In this document: piece after piece, positions 1-11,000 of the stretch
Layout of the letters: every line of letters starts with the position of its first letter
How positions within the stretch are numbered: the stretch's first letter is position 1
NCBI GenBank assembly: GCA_964019425.1
Contig: OZ025780.1
Coordinates: 434,001 to 498,000, forward strand
DNA from: Flectonema sp. DT1601
Taxonomy: Eukaryota
Reading direction: 5' to 3'
Length of the DNA: 64,000 nt
Position numbers and translations under genes: made by a program
Notes under the pieces: generated by a model
The model's database searches: none
Told to the model about the DNA's origin: nothing
Seen by the model: the letters and a program-made list of their open reading frames with translations, nothing else

Positions 1-1085
1 ACAGTCCACCCACACCCTTCTACCCCTTCACAGGTTACCTGAGTGCTCTGTTGCTGGCACTTCGTCGACTGGTACGTAGATGGGTTAATACGCTCCCTCG
101 GACCACCGAAGTCGATCTTCGTCCTGGTAGCCTTGCAAGTTTCCGGCTTCGGCGCCATTCCGTACGTCTTGTCGAAGAAAATGTTCAGCCACATTGTTTC
201 GTTCCTAGCCCGTGCAGCATACGCCACGTACGCATTGATCTGTTGCTGTGTCGGTTCCACTCCACCTTTCTCCATGTCCTCAGCATTCTGAGCTGCAGTC
301 TTCCCGTTCACCAGCTGACTGAGGTAAACTGAAATCCCGTTTGCAACACACCAAGCATAGTTGCTGGCGAGATCACACTCAGCGTAGAACGTATCGCCGT
401 TACTCTGCAACACGGGAACGTTCACTGCCAACCTCGTGTTGTAGAAAAGGTACGCCAACGACGTCGGGGGCGAGCAGATCATCTTCGACCCACCCACCAT
501 CGGCGCGTCCTTCGTGTAATCCCAATTCGTTCTATACCACGGGCAATCCTTACCAGGACACGTAGCAGTAGATGGAAACCATTGCACCAGGCATTGGTTG
601 CTAAACTCTGGATCGTTCAGTAACCGGTCCTCAGTCTCCTTCATGAACTGCGCATTTGCCAACGTGAAAACATCATCGTTGTCGTTGTTGTAAATGAAAT
701 AGTACGAAGACAGTTCCTCAGTTCTAATGAGTTCTCGAGGTGTGTCTGGTTCGTTTATTCCATTCGGCTGTTCTTCGATCGTCTCCCTCATTTTGTGAAC
801 CGAATCACGTCTCTCAGTTCTCCAGTCGTTGCGATCAGCCATTTCTTGGTTAGAAATCTTGATACCAACAACAACAAACCCAATGATGGTCAGTACTAAG
901 AATATTATGAAGCAACTTCCAATCCATACTTTCGGGTAGTCAACAATCGAGTTCACAATTCGAAGTTCTTTCTCGAGGATCTGTTCGTCAGTCATCCCAG
1001 TCTTCACTGATCGATGCCTTCCTGGACGTTTCCTCTTTGGGGTCACTGGGGGACTGTTCCCACCAGTCTGGTGATTCAACTCCAT
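1..1085 (-). CDS. 5' part of a second, tandem Dispatched/Patched-like gene copy (runs off the window's left edge)
   Basis: Near-identical to 5111..6195 (offset 5110), ATG at 1085. Differences noticed at ~310, 381, 458 and 468: three synonymous, one A>V. Frame is intact. Confidence 0.9.
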   Translation of the reverse strand, partial: MELNHQTGGNSPPVTPKRKRPGRHRSVKTGMTDEQILEKELRIVNSIVDYPKVWIGSCFIIFLVLTIIGFVVVGIKISNQEMADRNDWRTERRDSVHKMRETIEEQPNGINEPDTPRELIRTEELSSYYFIYNNDNDDVFTLANAQFMKETEDRLLNDPEFSNQCLVQWFPSTATCPGKDCPWYRTNWDYTKDAPMVGGSKMICSPPTSLAYLFYNTRLAVNVPVLQSNGDTFYAECDLASNYAWCVANGISVYLSQLVNGKTAAQNAEDMEKGGVEPTQQQINAYVAYAARARNETMWLNIFFDKTYGMAPKPETCKATRTKIDFGGPRERINPSTYQSTKCQQQSTQVTCEGVEGCGWT

Positions 1086-2247
1086 TTCTGACCCCCCTTA
1101 ATAAATTCTAATGAGGTGGAAATATTAATAAGTTCGAATATTACGCTGAAGTCATCATTTTGGATGAAATGAATGTTTCTCTTCTGATGCCTGTGTTGAC
1201 ACAAACAAATAAAAGGAGAAGTGCCTATGCACAGCTAGTGATTAGTGGAATTACTTGAACACAACGGTAACAAAAGATGTCAGGTTGAAAATTCAAGACG
1301 AAAATATAAAAAGGAAGACAGACAGACGAAGGGTTTATAAAAAAAAAGATCCGAATGAATATCGGGAAAGGAAATTGTTTCAACGTGTTTTGTTTAACAA
1401 GAGTGGACAGCAAATGTGAAAATATAAAAAGAGAGAGCCGAAAGGTATCTTGCGATCAGCAAAACAACTCAACATACCTACTAGAAGAATTGTTCACAAG
1501 TAATATTTCTATTAACGTGTGTGTAAACAAAGCTTCACTAACAGAAACAGATTTATCAAAGCGGCGGTTTAAAACTACTTAACAAAAACCGCACTTCCAA
1601 TAAATGCTGACAAAAATATTTTAAATAAAAGATAAAGATTATAACTTTAGTTGAGGTCATAACTTTTTGTAAGTTTTTAAGAAAGTAAAATTACAAACAA
1701 ATTAGACTTTGAAACCAATCACAAGAAAAACACACCTTTTGTAGGGAGAGAGTGAAAAGGGGGAAAAGAAAAAAATTAAAACTACTCAGATCTGTTCCAG
1801 ACGTTAGCTGGATCACCAGCATGCTGACAGAATCGTGTCGCACATGGGGAATAAGTCTTTATCATTATTAAGGAAAATCAGTTTTTAATCTGAATAGTTT
1901 CTTCCCCGACTACGTTAGAACAGCAATCAAAAGAGTGAAAGAAAAAAAATATTCAAAGTCCATAAAATAGAGGAAGGAATAAGAAGTTCAAAGGGAAGAA
2001 CTCTTCATTTGGACATTTAAGAGATAGATTTCAGTAGTTAGTATTTGGATTCAATTGAGTTGATTTAATATTTTTACATTTAAAGAGCATCACGACTCTA
2101 GTTTCGTGTGAAGAATAGCTCGTGTCGGAATTGCCTTCGATTGTTGATAGTACTGCAATGATTAATGCAGTTATAAAGTCGAATTTTTTATTTGCATGTA
2201 TCAGTGTTTAAATAGGTGAGAAAGCTCTCACTTTCAACGTTATCAAA

Positions 2248-5200
2248 TTAGACCTCCGCTTCATCTCTGTTCTTCATTTCATACTCGGGATCAACAGCAC
2301 CCTCGTCGTCCTCCTTCGCAAACCACTTTGGAGCACACTTGGCAAGCAACGGCCTCATGCTGAGGAACTCCCTTTCCGGTCCAAAGAACGACATGAGGGG
2401 TAAGAAGAACAACATCGACCACAAGTACGAAAATAGAATCGTGAAGAGGAAGATGACACCAAACTTATAAAAGAACTGCACCCAGGTACACACTAATATC
2501 AGGGATGCTCCAATTGAAGTCGCAGCCCCACCGAGCACTGTAGGACCCATGTCAGAAACAACTTCGTGCACCCTACGCTGACGTTCTGTTGGTCCCTCCT
2601 CGTTCGCCGTGTGAACCTGAACGTGTCCGTAATGAACAGCAAAGTGAACCACGTAGTCGACAGACAACCCGACTAATATAGTGATACTTACTGATTCAAC
2701 CATTCCCAATTCCCATCCTAGTAAGTAAGTCATTCCTAATGTGCAACCCACAACACCACAGAGTTCCAACAGGACAAACAACGCAATGAGCACGTTGAAC
2801 GACGCGAGGAATATGATGAACGTTGCAAGCCCCAAACTCACTAACGTCCCCGTAATCGCCCCGCTGACTAACAAGTACTGCGTACGCATCCGAACCCACA
2901 TCTCCGACGAATGCAGGATTCGTCCCGACCACGCCGCCGCAGCAGTCGGGTTGCTTCGAGAGTACGGATACTGCATGGCCTTCACTCCGTCCATGTAATC
3001 CTCCCACGCTCCAAACCACTTGGTGATGTCACTGTACGCATTGCCGAACTGCTTCAGAGTGGTGTTGAACTCCAGCATCACAGTCTCGATACCAGTCGGA
3101 TCCTTGTCATTCCCGTTCTCGAATTTGAACAGCACTTTGTCGTAGAATTGCTGGTGCGGCGCAAGCTTCAACTTGTTCGTCGACTGCGTCTTCGTGAAAT
3201 CCCACAACGTCGTCAAGAAGTTAGCCTGCACCACAGGGAACACTCCTCCCGACCCCTCAACGTGCTCTTTCAGGCCTCGCATAATGCAATTCTGGTCACC
3301 GAGACCCTTTCGGGGATCCGGAAGAGCGTCCACCATTCTCCTCTGCAACAGTGCCCCGTTCGTCGCCGACGTCTCTAGAATGTGGTCGCAGAGACCCAAC
3401 GTGAACTGTTGGAACTCCTCCGATGACAAGTCGCTCTGCTTACTCATCCACTGAGAATAAACAGCCTTCCCCCTGTCATTTTCAGCGTACTTGTCGGTAC
3501 CTGATCGATCAATCGGATCGTGTACATCAGTTCCGAAAACAACCTGAACACTTTGAACGAAGTCGGTGTCAGTGACCACGAAGTCATCTCTTGACGAATC
3601 CATGTACTTCTGCAGCGGGTGCCAATCAGGAAGCCACTGCTCACTCTTGCTAGTGTAGTCTAACTTGAAGGCGTGAATCACCAATACTATCCACACTCCA
3701 ACTAATATTATCCCAGGGATGATCCTCACATACCAATACTTTCCAATCCCGCCTGTCCCAGACAGAAACGGTGCCACGTGCGCCACCATGAAATTAGACG
3801 ATGCCGACGAGTGTCCTTCGATCTCCACACGTCTGCCTCGTGCAGCAGCCAACGCGTTCATTGCCGCATCAAACAACAACAAACCGATAATGATGATCGT
3901 ACTGTATAAAAACACCCTACTGTATCCAGTAGTGTGGTCACTCTGTAGGATCGAAAACCCAGTAATGTACATGACCAACGCCATCACGAGGAGAATTAAT
4001 CCAACGATCCGCGAGATCTTGTACGTCGGGTCTGACGCAACAGCTTCATGCAGTTTCTCTTTGTAATCAGACGACACAGAAGCAGTCTCATGTTGTGCCG
4101 TCTGCTCGCGGTTGAGGGTCGTTCCTAACTTCTCACGGGCCTCTTCGATACTTTCGAAGGTGCGGGGTTCAACCAACAGAGTTTCCATGCATTCGATCTT
4201 TGGACGTTCAGGAACTACGAATTCACCGTTGTTCTTACCGTTCGAACTTGAGCTACCTCTGCTCCCGTCGTCAGGAGCAACATGTGTGATGACAGTGTTC
4301 TCATCTCCATTTAATAAAGTCGAGTAACAAGTACAACAGTTACACCACGCTCCCGCTAGGGTATTTCCACAACAACAACATCCGATCGTGTGTTCGTAGT
4401 TGCGGTGGTAGATCACAACAGCTGCCGCAAAGAAAGTCATCACCAACAAGTAATCGAAAAACACCAAAATAGCTGCAAACAATCCGAACAACTTAATCTC
4501 CAAAAGAGGGGTCGTCATCGTCGCGATGAATGCCGCCATTGTAGTCAACGAAGTGATCCCCATCGCGGTACCTGCGATCTTCCAAGCGTGTGACATTCTA
4601 CCCCTCACGTAAGTACAGTTGTCAGGACGTGGACGGACACCAGCCTGAGCCCAATTGTCCATGAAGACGAAGATATCGTCAGCACCGATCGCCAGAACGA
4701 TGTACAGCGCAAGAGAAGAAAGTCCGTAGAACCCCTTGATCTGGAACACCACTCGGTAAACGAAGTATCCCATCGAAAACGGCATGATAACCTGAATCAT
4801 ACCAAGTGATGCTAAGAAGAACGAACCAGTGTGGATCTGAAGGTAAAGATACACGAACACGAATGATAACACCGCCAACAATGCATCCCTCGCTAGAATC
4901 TCCAGGAATCGGTCGAACAGCACACCGCTGGCAAAGAAGTACAGGTCGGTATCAGGACCACTCTGATCTTCAAAATACGACGTGAAATCCTTCGCCCACT
5001 TCGCAAAGTCTTCAATTTGATCATCGTTGATGTCGCCTTCCGGCAATGCGCTCACGTAATTGTACTGCATCGGTTGGCACCCAGTACTGTTCATTGTGAT
5101 CCCAGCGTATACAGTCCACCCACACCCTTCTACCCCTTCACAGGTTACCTGAGTGCTCTGTTGCTGGCACTTCGTCGACTGGTACGTAGATGGGTTAATA

Positions 5201-6195
5201 CGCTCCCTCGGACCACCGAAGTCGATCTTCGTCCTGGTAGCCTTGCAAGTTTCCGGCTTCGGCGCCATTCCGTACGTCTTGTCGAAGAAAATGTTCAGCC
5301 ACATTGTTTCGTTCCTAGCCCGTGCAGCATACGCCACGTACGCATTGATCTGTTGCTGTGTCGGTTCCACTCCACCTTTCTCCATGTCCTCAGCATTCTG
5401 AGCTGCAGTCTTCCCGTTCGCCAGCTGACTGAGGTAAACTGAAATCCCGTTTGCAACACACCAAGCATAGTTGCTGGCGAGATCACACTCCGCGTAGAAC
5501 GTATCGCCGTTACTCTGCAACACGGGAACGTTCACTGCCAACCTCGTGTTGTAGAAAAGGTACGCCAGCGACGTCGGAGGCGAGCAGATCATCTTCGACC
5601 CACCCACCATCGGCGCGTCCTTCGTGTAATCCCAATTCGTTCTATACCACGGGCAATCCTTACCAGGACACGTAGCAGTAGATGGAAACCATTGCACCAG
5701 GCATTGGTTGCTAAACTCTGGATCGTTCAGTAACCGGTCCTCAGTCTCCTTCATGAACTGCGCATTTGCCAACGTGAAAACATCATCGTTGTCGTTGTTG
5801 TAAATGAAATAGTACGAAGACAGTTCCTCAGTTCTAATGAGTTCTCGAGGTGTGTCTGGTTCGTTTATTCCATTCGGCTGTTCTTCGATCGTCTCCCTCA
5901 TTTTGTGAACCGAATCACGTCTCTCAGTTCTCCAGTCGTTGCGATCAGCCATTTCTTGGTTAGAAATCTTGATACCAACAACAACAAACCCAATGATGGT
6001 CAGTACTAAGAATATTATGAAGCAACTTCCAATCCATACTTTCGGGTAGTCAACAATCGAGTTCACAATTCGAAGTTCTTTCTCGAGGATCTGTTCGTCA
6101 GTCATCCCAGTCTTCACTGATCGATGCCTTCCTGGACGTTTCCTCTTTGGGGTCACTGGGGGACTGTTCCCACCAGTCTGGTGATTCAACTCCAT
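2248..6195 (-). CDS. Dispatched/Patched-family (RND/sterol-sensing domain) multi-pass membrane protein
   Basis: 1315-aa ORF with two TM bundles. TM4 and TM10 motifs AIGADDIFV and GLSVDYVVH (GxxxD(D)), and large Cys-containing extracellular loops. Confidence 0.85.
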   Translation of the reverse strand: MELNHQTGGNSPPVTPKRKRPGRHRSVKTGMTDEQILEKELRIVNSIVDYPKVWIGSCFIIFLVLTIIGFVVVGIKISNQEMADRNDWRTERRDSVHKMRETIEEQPNGINEPDTPRELIRTEELSSYYFIYNNDNDDVFTLANAQFMKETEDRLLNDPEFSNQCLVQWFPSTATCPGKDCPWYRTNWDYTKDAPMVGGSKMICSPPTSLAYLFYNTRLAVNVPVLQSNGDTFYAECDLASNYAWCVANGISVYLSQLANGKTAAQNAEDMEKGGVEPTQQQINAYVAYAARARNETMWLNIFFDKTYGMAPKPETCKATRTKIDFGGPRERINPSTYQSTKCQQQSTQVTCEGVEGCGWTVYAGITMNSTGCQPMQYNYVSALPEGDINDDQIEDFAKWAKDFTSYFEDQSGPDTDLYFFASGVLFDRFLEILARDALLAVLSFVFVYLYLQIHTGSFFLASLGMIQVIMPFSMGYFVYRVVFQIKGFYGLSSLALYIVLAIGADDIFVFMDNWAQAGVRPRPDNCTYVRGRMSHAWKIAGTAMGITSLTTMAAFIATMTTPLLEIKLFGLFAAILVFFDYLLVMTFFAAAVVIYHRNYEHTIGCCCCGNTLAGAWCNCCTCYSTLLNGDENTVITHVAPDDGSRGSSSSNGKNNGEFVVPERPKIECMETLLVEPRTFESIEEAREKLGTTLNREQTAQHETASVSSDYKEKLHEAVASDPTYKISRIVGLILLVMALVMYITGFSILQSDHTTGYSRVFLYSTIIIIGLLLFDAAMNALAAARGRRVEIEGHSSASSNFMVAHVAPFLSGTGGIGKYWYVRIIPGIILVGVWIVLVIHAFKLDYTSKSEQWLPDWHPLQKYMDSSRDDFVVTDTDFVQSVQVVFGTDVHDPIDRSGTDKYAENDRGKAVYSQWMSKQSDLSSEEFQQFTLGLCDHILETSATNGALLQRRMVDALPDPRKGLGDQNCIMRGLKEHVEGSGGVFPVVQANFLTTLWDFTKTQSTNKLKLAPHQQFYDKVLFKFENGNDKDPTGIETVMLEFNTTLKQFGNAYSDITKWFGAWEDYMDGVKAMQYPYSRSNPTAAAAWSGRILHSSEMWVRMRTQYLLVSGAITGTLVSLGLATFIIFLASFNVLIALFVLLELCGVVGCTLGMTYLLGWELGMVESVSITILVGLSVDYVVHFAVHYGHVQVHTANEEGPTERQRRVHEVVSDMGPTVLGGAATSIGASLILVCTWVQFFYKFGVIFLFTILFSYLWSMLFFLPLMSFFGPEREFLSMRPLLAKCAPKWFAKEDDEGAVDPEYEMKNRDEAEV

Positions 6196-6656
6196 GGTGG
6201 AGTTGTTGTTTGAAATCTGTTAGGAAGAGTAATGCTTTTATAAGAATACAATTGTTTGTTTATTTAAAAGAATTTGAATATATCACTTGTTCCACTTTTT
6301 TCATCTGAACTGTTTTAACTAAATATTTTTTAAACACATCTTATCATGAAACTCCACAGTCGACTAAAAACCCTGAATTGGGTGTTTGTAATTACAATGT
6401 TGGGAAGGGGGAATTTTTTTTTTTTTGGTTTCTTTTTTTTTTTTTTCGCATATAATACGCACCAAGAAAACCATAAAATAAAGCAAGGTACCAAATCCTC
6501 TTTTTATTAAAAAATTTTCCTTTTTTTTTAAAAAAAATAAAAGGACCTGAGCCATAAAAGCCACTAAGACTGGTCGATAACAGTTTATACCGCTGGAAAG
6601 AGGCATCAGACTCAGTTTTGGCCACTCGCATTAGGAGACTACTTCTACTTGTATTG

Positions 6657-7496
6657 TTAGTATCTGTAGTCATTTCTAGCATTGTTGTCGTAAATGTATA
6701 TTATTTTTTTAGATAATTTGGTAATTGCTTTTTCAAGCTGTTCCAACTCTGCCTCAAGCGCTTCTTTTCGTGAAATCTTCGAAATCGTGTCAAGAGAGAA
6801 CGTCAGCGACAGATAGTGTTTGTGAGTTTCCTCCCATTTAAGTTTCATTTTAGAAATTAGGTCGGCTTTTTCATTTTCATCCATTTCCCTCATTCTATTC
6901 TCGCCGTGAATGTTATTACCAGCCATCTGTTGGTAGCTGTAAGATACTTCTTCTTGGATTTCTTGTTTTACTCGATTCATGTATTTTGGTACTTTTCCAT
7001 AACTCTTTCCCTGAATTGCTCTTTCTGGTTCCTTATGAATTCTCTTTGGAGGCATCATAATATTATCAACAGCGTTCGATATGACGAAGTTCTTTTCGGT
7101 TATGAGTCCCATAACTGGTTTTTCTGCTCTGGTTGGAACCGAAGGACGTTTTGGGAGAAGTGTCTTCCTCTCAAACTTGGTTCTGTGAGTCGGAGGTTGC
7201 GGTGGTAAACTTTGAGAATTGGATAACTTTTTTAAAAACTGCTTCGGATCTGTTCTCGACACTGGCTTCCCCATAGTCCCGGATTCCAATTTCGTTTTAT
7301 GTTTTGCTTCAGTTCCATCGTTCATGAGACCTTCACAGTTTCCTTGCAATCTCCCAGTCCCTTGATTACAAAAAGTTGAGTAACTCGGAGGTAATTTGGC
7401 ACTATGTTTTGATATGTGCATAGGCGGCTTATGCTGCTGTTGGATTGGCTGTGGTAACAAATTGTAAACGCTCTCTTCTTCCCGTTGCATCATCAT
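6657..7496 (-). CDS. ENKUR: Enkurin (flagellar protein)
   Basis: 279 aa. EESVYNLLP N-terminus, KNFVISNA, YGKVPKYM and a C-terminal enkurin coiled coil. Confidence 0.8.
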   Translation of the reverse strand: MMMQREEESVYNLLPQPIQQQHKPPMHISKHSAKLPPSYSTFCNQGTGRLQGNCEGLMNDGTEAKHKTKLESGTMGKPVSRTDPKQFLKKLSNSQSLPPQPPTHRTKFERKTLLPKRPSVPTRAEKPVMGLITEKNFVISNAVDNIMMPPKRIHKEPERAIQGKSYGKVPKYMNRVKQEIQEEVSYSYQQMAGNNIHGENRMREMDENEKADLISKMKLKWEETHKHYLSLTFSLDTISKISRKEALEAELEQLEKAITKLSKKIIYIYDNNARNDYRY

Positions 7497-8011
7497 TTCT
7501 GAGTGGTAGGGATGAGCGACAGCACCGCAAACAAAGTAAAGTTTCGGTTTTCTGTGTAGGTGGAAATTAAGGTTTTAAAACAATAAATCAAAGCATGATT
7601 CATACGGGGAAAAAATAACTTAAACAACAACCCCACCTTCTACTTCATTCACGTGGCGGTTGCCTAAGAGTAAAAACAATCAAATATGAATAACCGCTGG
7701 CTGGTTACGCTCGTTGGTCACCCAGCGTAGGCACCCGCTGGTTTTCTCTCGTCTCTCCTCAACTCTCTCAGGATTCCTTCTCCACACTACAACATGAATA
7801 TCAACTCAAAACAAAAACAAACCAGAATTTTTTTTTTTTTTTTTTTGAGGGAGAGAAGGACCATACTCCCCTCCTCAAAAGAAAAAACACGCCATTGACA
7901 CGAAACAATACACATATAAAAGCTCAACAATACCTGCTCAGTCAGAAGAGCGAACAGGGGCTAGAAGGGTGGTATAAGATTACACACAACCTACCCTTAC
8001 TTAACACAAAA

Positions 8012-11000
8012 TCAAGGAAGTTCTCGGGTTGTTCGAAAAGAAGTATTCGACGGTGCAATAAATAATGAAATTGCCTCCGTTGGAGTAATTATTGGAATCG
8101 GTGCAGATGAACCTTGTCCAGGAGGTTGTACTGACATATTAATCAAAGGAAGCCTAACCATACCAGGAAACACCGGAATTAAATGATATTCTGCTACTGA
8201 ACTCTTCCCTGGAAGAATAGCCAGAGTCCAAGAGCTACGACCAGACCAGAGAAAGTGTTTTTCATCTTTGTCTTGAACTTCACAGTTGACGTGGCTGACA
8301 GTATTTCTGTGATTCTGTAGATGAATCTTAACAGTGATGACCTCACCAATACATCCAGAAGTAGGACTCTCAATAGAAACTATTACGGGTGAATCTTGAG
8401 CAACGAATTTAGGAAGTGATACTGGGAATGAAAATGGATCCTTTGACTCTCCACCAACTCTTGTTGCGGTTACTTGAACTACACAAGCGACTGATAACTC
8501 CTTCGGTTCTAGTTGCCAAGATCGGCTTAACTCTTCTTCGTGACAGAGCGTGTCAGTAACGACTTCCGTGTCTTGGTTAAGTAGGTTAGCACCTTTACAA
8601 GAGATTAATGAAATATCGTGAATAACAACATCATAAGTTTTTACTTCACAAACTGCCGTTACTGTAAAAGTGCAGGGTTGTCTGAGTCGCATGGCCGTCG
8701 ATCCTCCTCCAGTCTGTTTGAAATTAAATAACTCACTCGGAGTGGATTCAGAGTTCTCTGAAGTGGTTGGGAGACCTTCCCAAGATACCTGTCTATGAGG
8801 ATTTAATACTGCTTGTTTGTGATGACCAGAAGGTGACCAAGATAGAGAATCAATTACTGAACAGTTCAACTTCACAGGAGATAAGATAGTCATTTCCAAT
8901 GGAGAGATTAATTGAAGATCTCTACACTCATTGGTAGCATATTGCAATACTATTCCCAATGAAAATTTCCTGCATCTGTCAAACTTCATATCAATTGTAA
9001 TGGTAGCCTCCTCTCCAGGGTTAATCTGACCCTCAAGAACGTATTCTAACCCAGTACTTCCTTCAACCAACCCCTTCATGTTGCATTTATTTATAGGACG
9101 GAAATCATCTCCAGACTGTGTTTTTTTAGGTTTGTAATTACTGGAAATCATTTTTTTAAAAAAACAGGAAAAAACAAATTGACTACATACCGGCAGCATA
9201 ATTGAACCCGATAAGATAGGCTGTTTTTGAGGTAGTACTCTAACTACGACGGTGTAGGCTTCTCCAAGGAGTGCTGGAGGTCTGTTTTTTTCATTTTAAT
9301 TATTCATCAAAAAGAAATAATAAAATATAATTCACGTGAACATTTTCAACAAGTTTCAGGTAATGTACTCTTCCGGGGGTCTGGTGGTAACCATCTCCAT
9401 AAACAAAAGGAGAGCAACCGTGGAGTTAATTCCGGGTGTGAGTTTCTTTATACAATTATCCAAAACTGATCTTCCCCACAGTTCCTAAATAGGATACACT
9501 AAGAGTGAGTGTTCCTTGGTCCCAGCGGGGTGTGTTCCTCATCTTTTCAACGTACTCTTCCGGGGGTCTGGTGGTAACCATCTCCATAAACAAAAGGAGA
9601 GCAACCGTGGAGTTAATTCCGGGTGTGAGTTTTCTTTATACAATTATCCAAAACTGATCTTCCCCACAGTTCCTAAATAGGATACACTAAGAGTGAGTGT
9701 TCCTTGGTCCCAGCGGGGTGTGTTCCTCATCTTTTCAACGTACTCTTCCGGGGGTCTGGTGGTAACCATCTCCATAAACAAAAGGAGAGCAACCGTGGAG
9801 TTAATTCCGGGTGTGAGTTTTCTTTATACAATTATCCAAAACTGATCTTCCCCACAGTTCCTAAATAGGATACACTAAGAGTGAGTGTTCCTTGGTCCCA
9901 GCGGGGTGTGTTCTTCATCTTTTCAACGTACTCTTCCGGGGGTCTGGTGGTAACCATCTCCATAAACAAAAGGAGAGCAACCGTGGAGTTAATTCCGGGT
10001 GTGAGTTTTCTTTATACAATTATCCAAAACTGATCTTCCCCACAGTTCCTAAATAGGATACACTAAGAGTGAGTGTTCCTTGGTCCCAGCGGGGTGTGTT
10101 CCTCATCTTTTCAACGTACTCTTCCGGGGGTCTGGTGGTAACCATCTCCATAAACAAAAGGAGAGCAACCGTGGAGTTAATTCCGGGTGTGAGTTTTCTT
10201 TATACAATTATCCAAAACTAATCTTCCCCACAGTTCCTAAATAGGATACACTAAGAGTGAGTGTTCCTTGGTCCCAGCGGGGTGTGTTCTTCATCTTTTC
10301 AACGTACTCTTCCGGGGGTCTGGTGGTAACCATCTCCATAAACAAAAGGAGAGCAACCGTGGAGTTAATTCCGGGTGTGAGTTTTCTTTATACAATTATC
10401 CAAAACTGATCTTCCCCACAGTTCCTAAATAGGATACACTAAGAGTGAGTGTTCCTTGGTCCCAGCGGGGTGTGTTCTACATCTTTTCAACGTACTCTTC
10501 CGGGGGTCTGGTGGTAACCATCTCCATAAACAAAAAGGAGAGCAACCGTGGAGTTAATTCCGGGTGTGAGTTTTCTTTATACAATTATCCAAAACTGATC
10601 TTCCCCACAGTTCCTAAATAGGATACACTAAGAGTGAGTGTTCCTTGGTCCCAGCGGGGTGTAATTTATAAAATACAAAAAACATAAAAAATGAAATAAA
10701 GAAACACATACTGATGCTCAAGCAAAAGCTGTACATTTGGAGGTGGCTTTTGTACGGAAATCGCTGTGCGTGTTGGCTTACAAGTCATTCCAGAAAGAGT
10801 TGGGAAAGTTACTTCCTCATAGTGAGGGTAAGATTCACGGTTTGATATAATGCGAGATAAGAGTTCAACACATGGAGAGGCTTCTTGAATTAGACAAATC
10901 GTATTTGGCTCAGATTCGATACCAATGTGAGCAATCACAGCACGTAGTTGAACAATCCCAGGGAAGGTGAATGTTTTTGGTACCTGAATACTGATGTCAG

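Noticed and set aside
2696..5675. Many + strand and alternative-frame ORFs over the GC-rich genes (also at 26-28 kb and 54-56 kb)
   Set aside because: Shadow ORFs of codon-biased real genes.
9365..10662. Repeat unit as an SL RNA, 5S rRNA or hammerhead-retrozyme array
   Set aside because: No recognisable euglenozoan spliced-leader exon, 5S sequence or CUGANGA/GAAA core on either strand. Other ribozyme classes cannot be excluded by eye.
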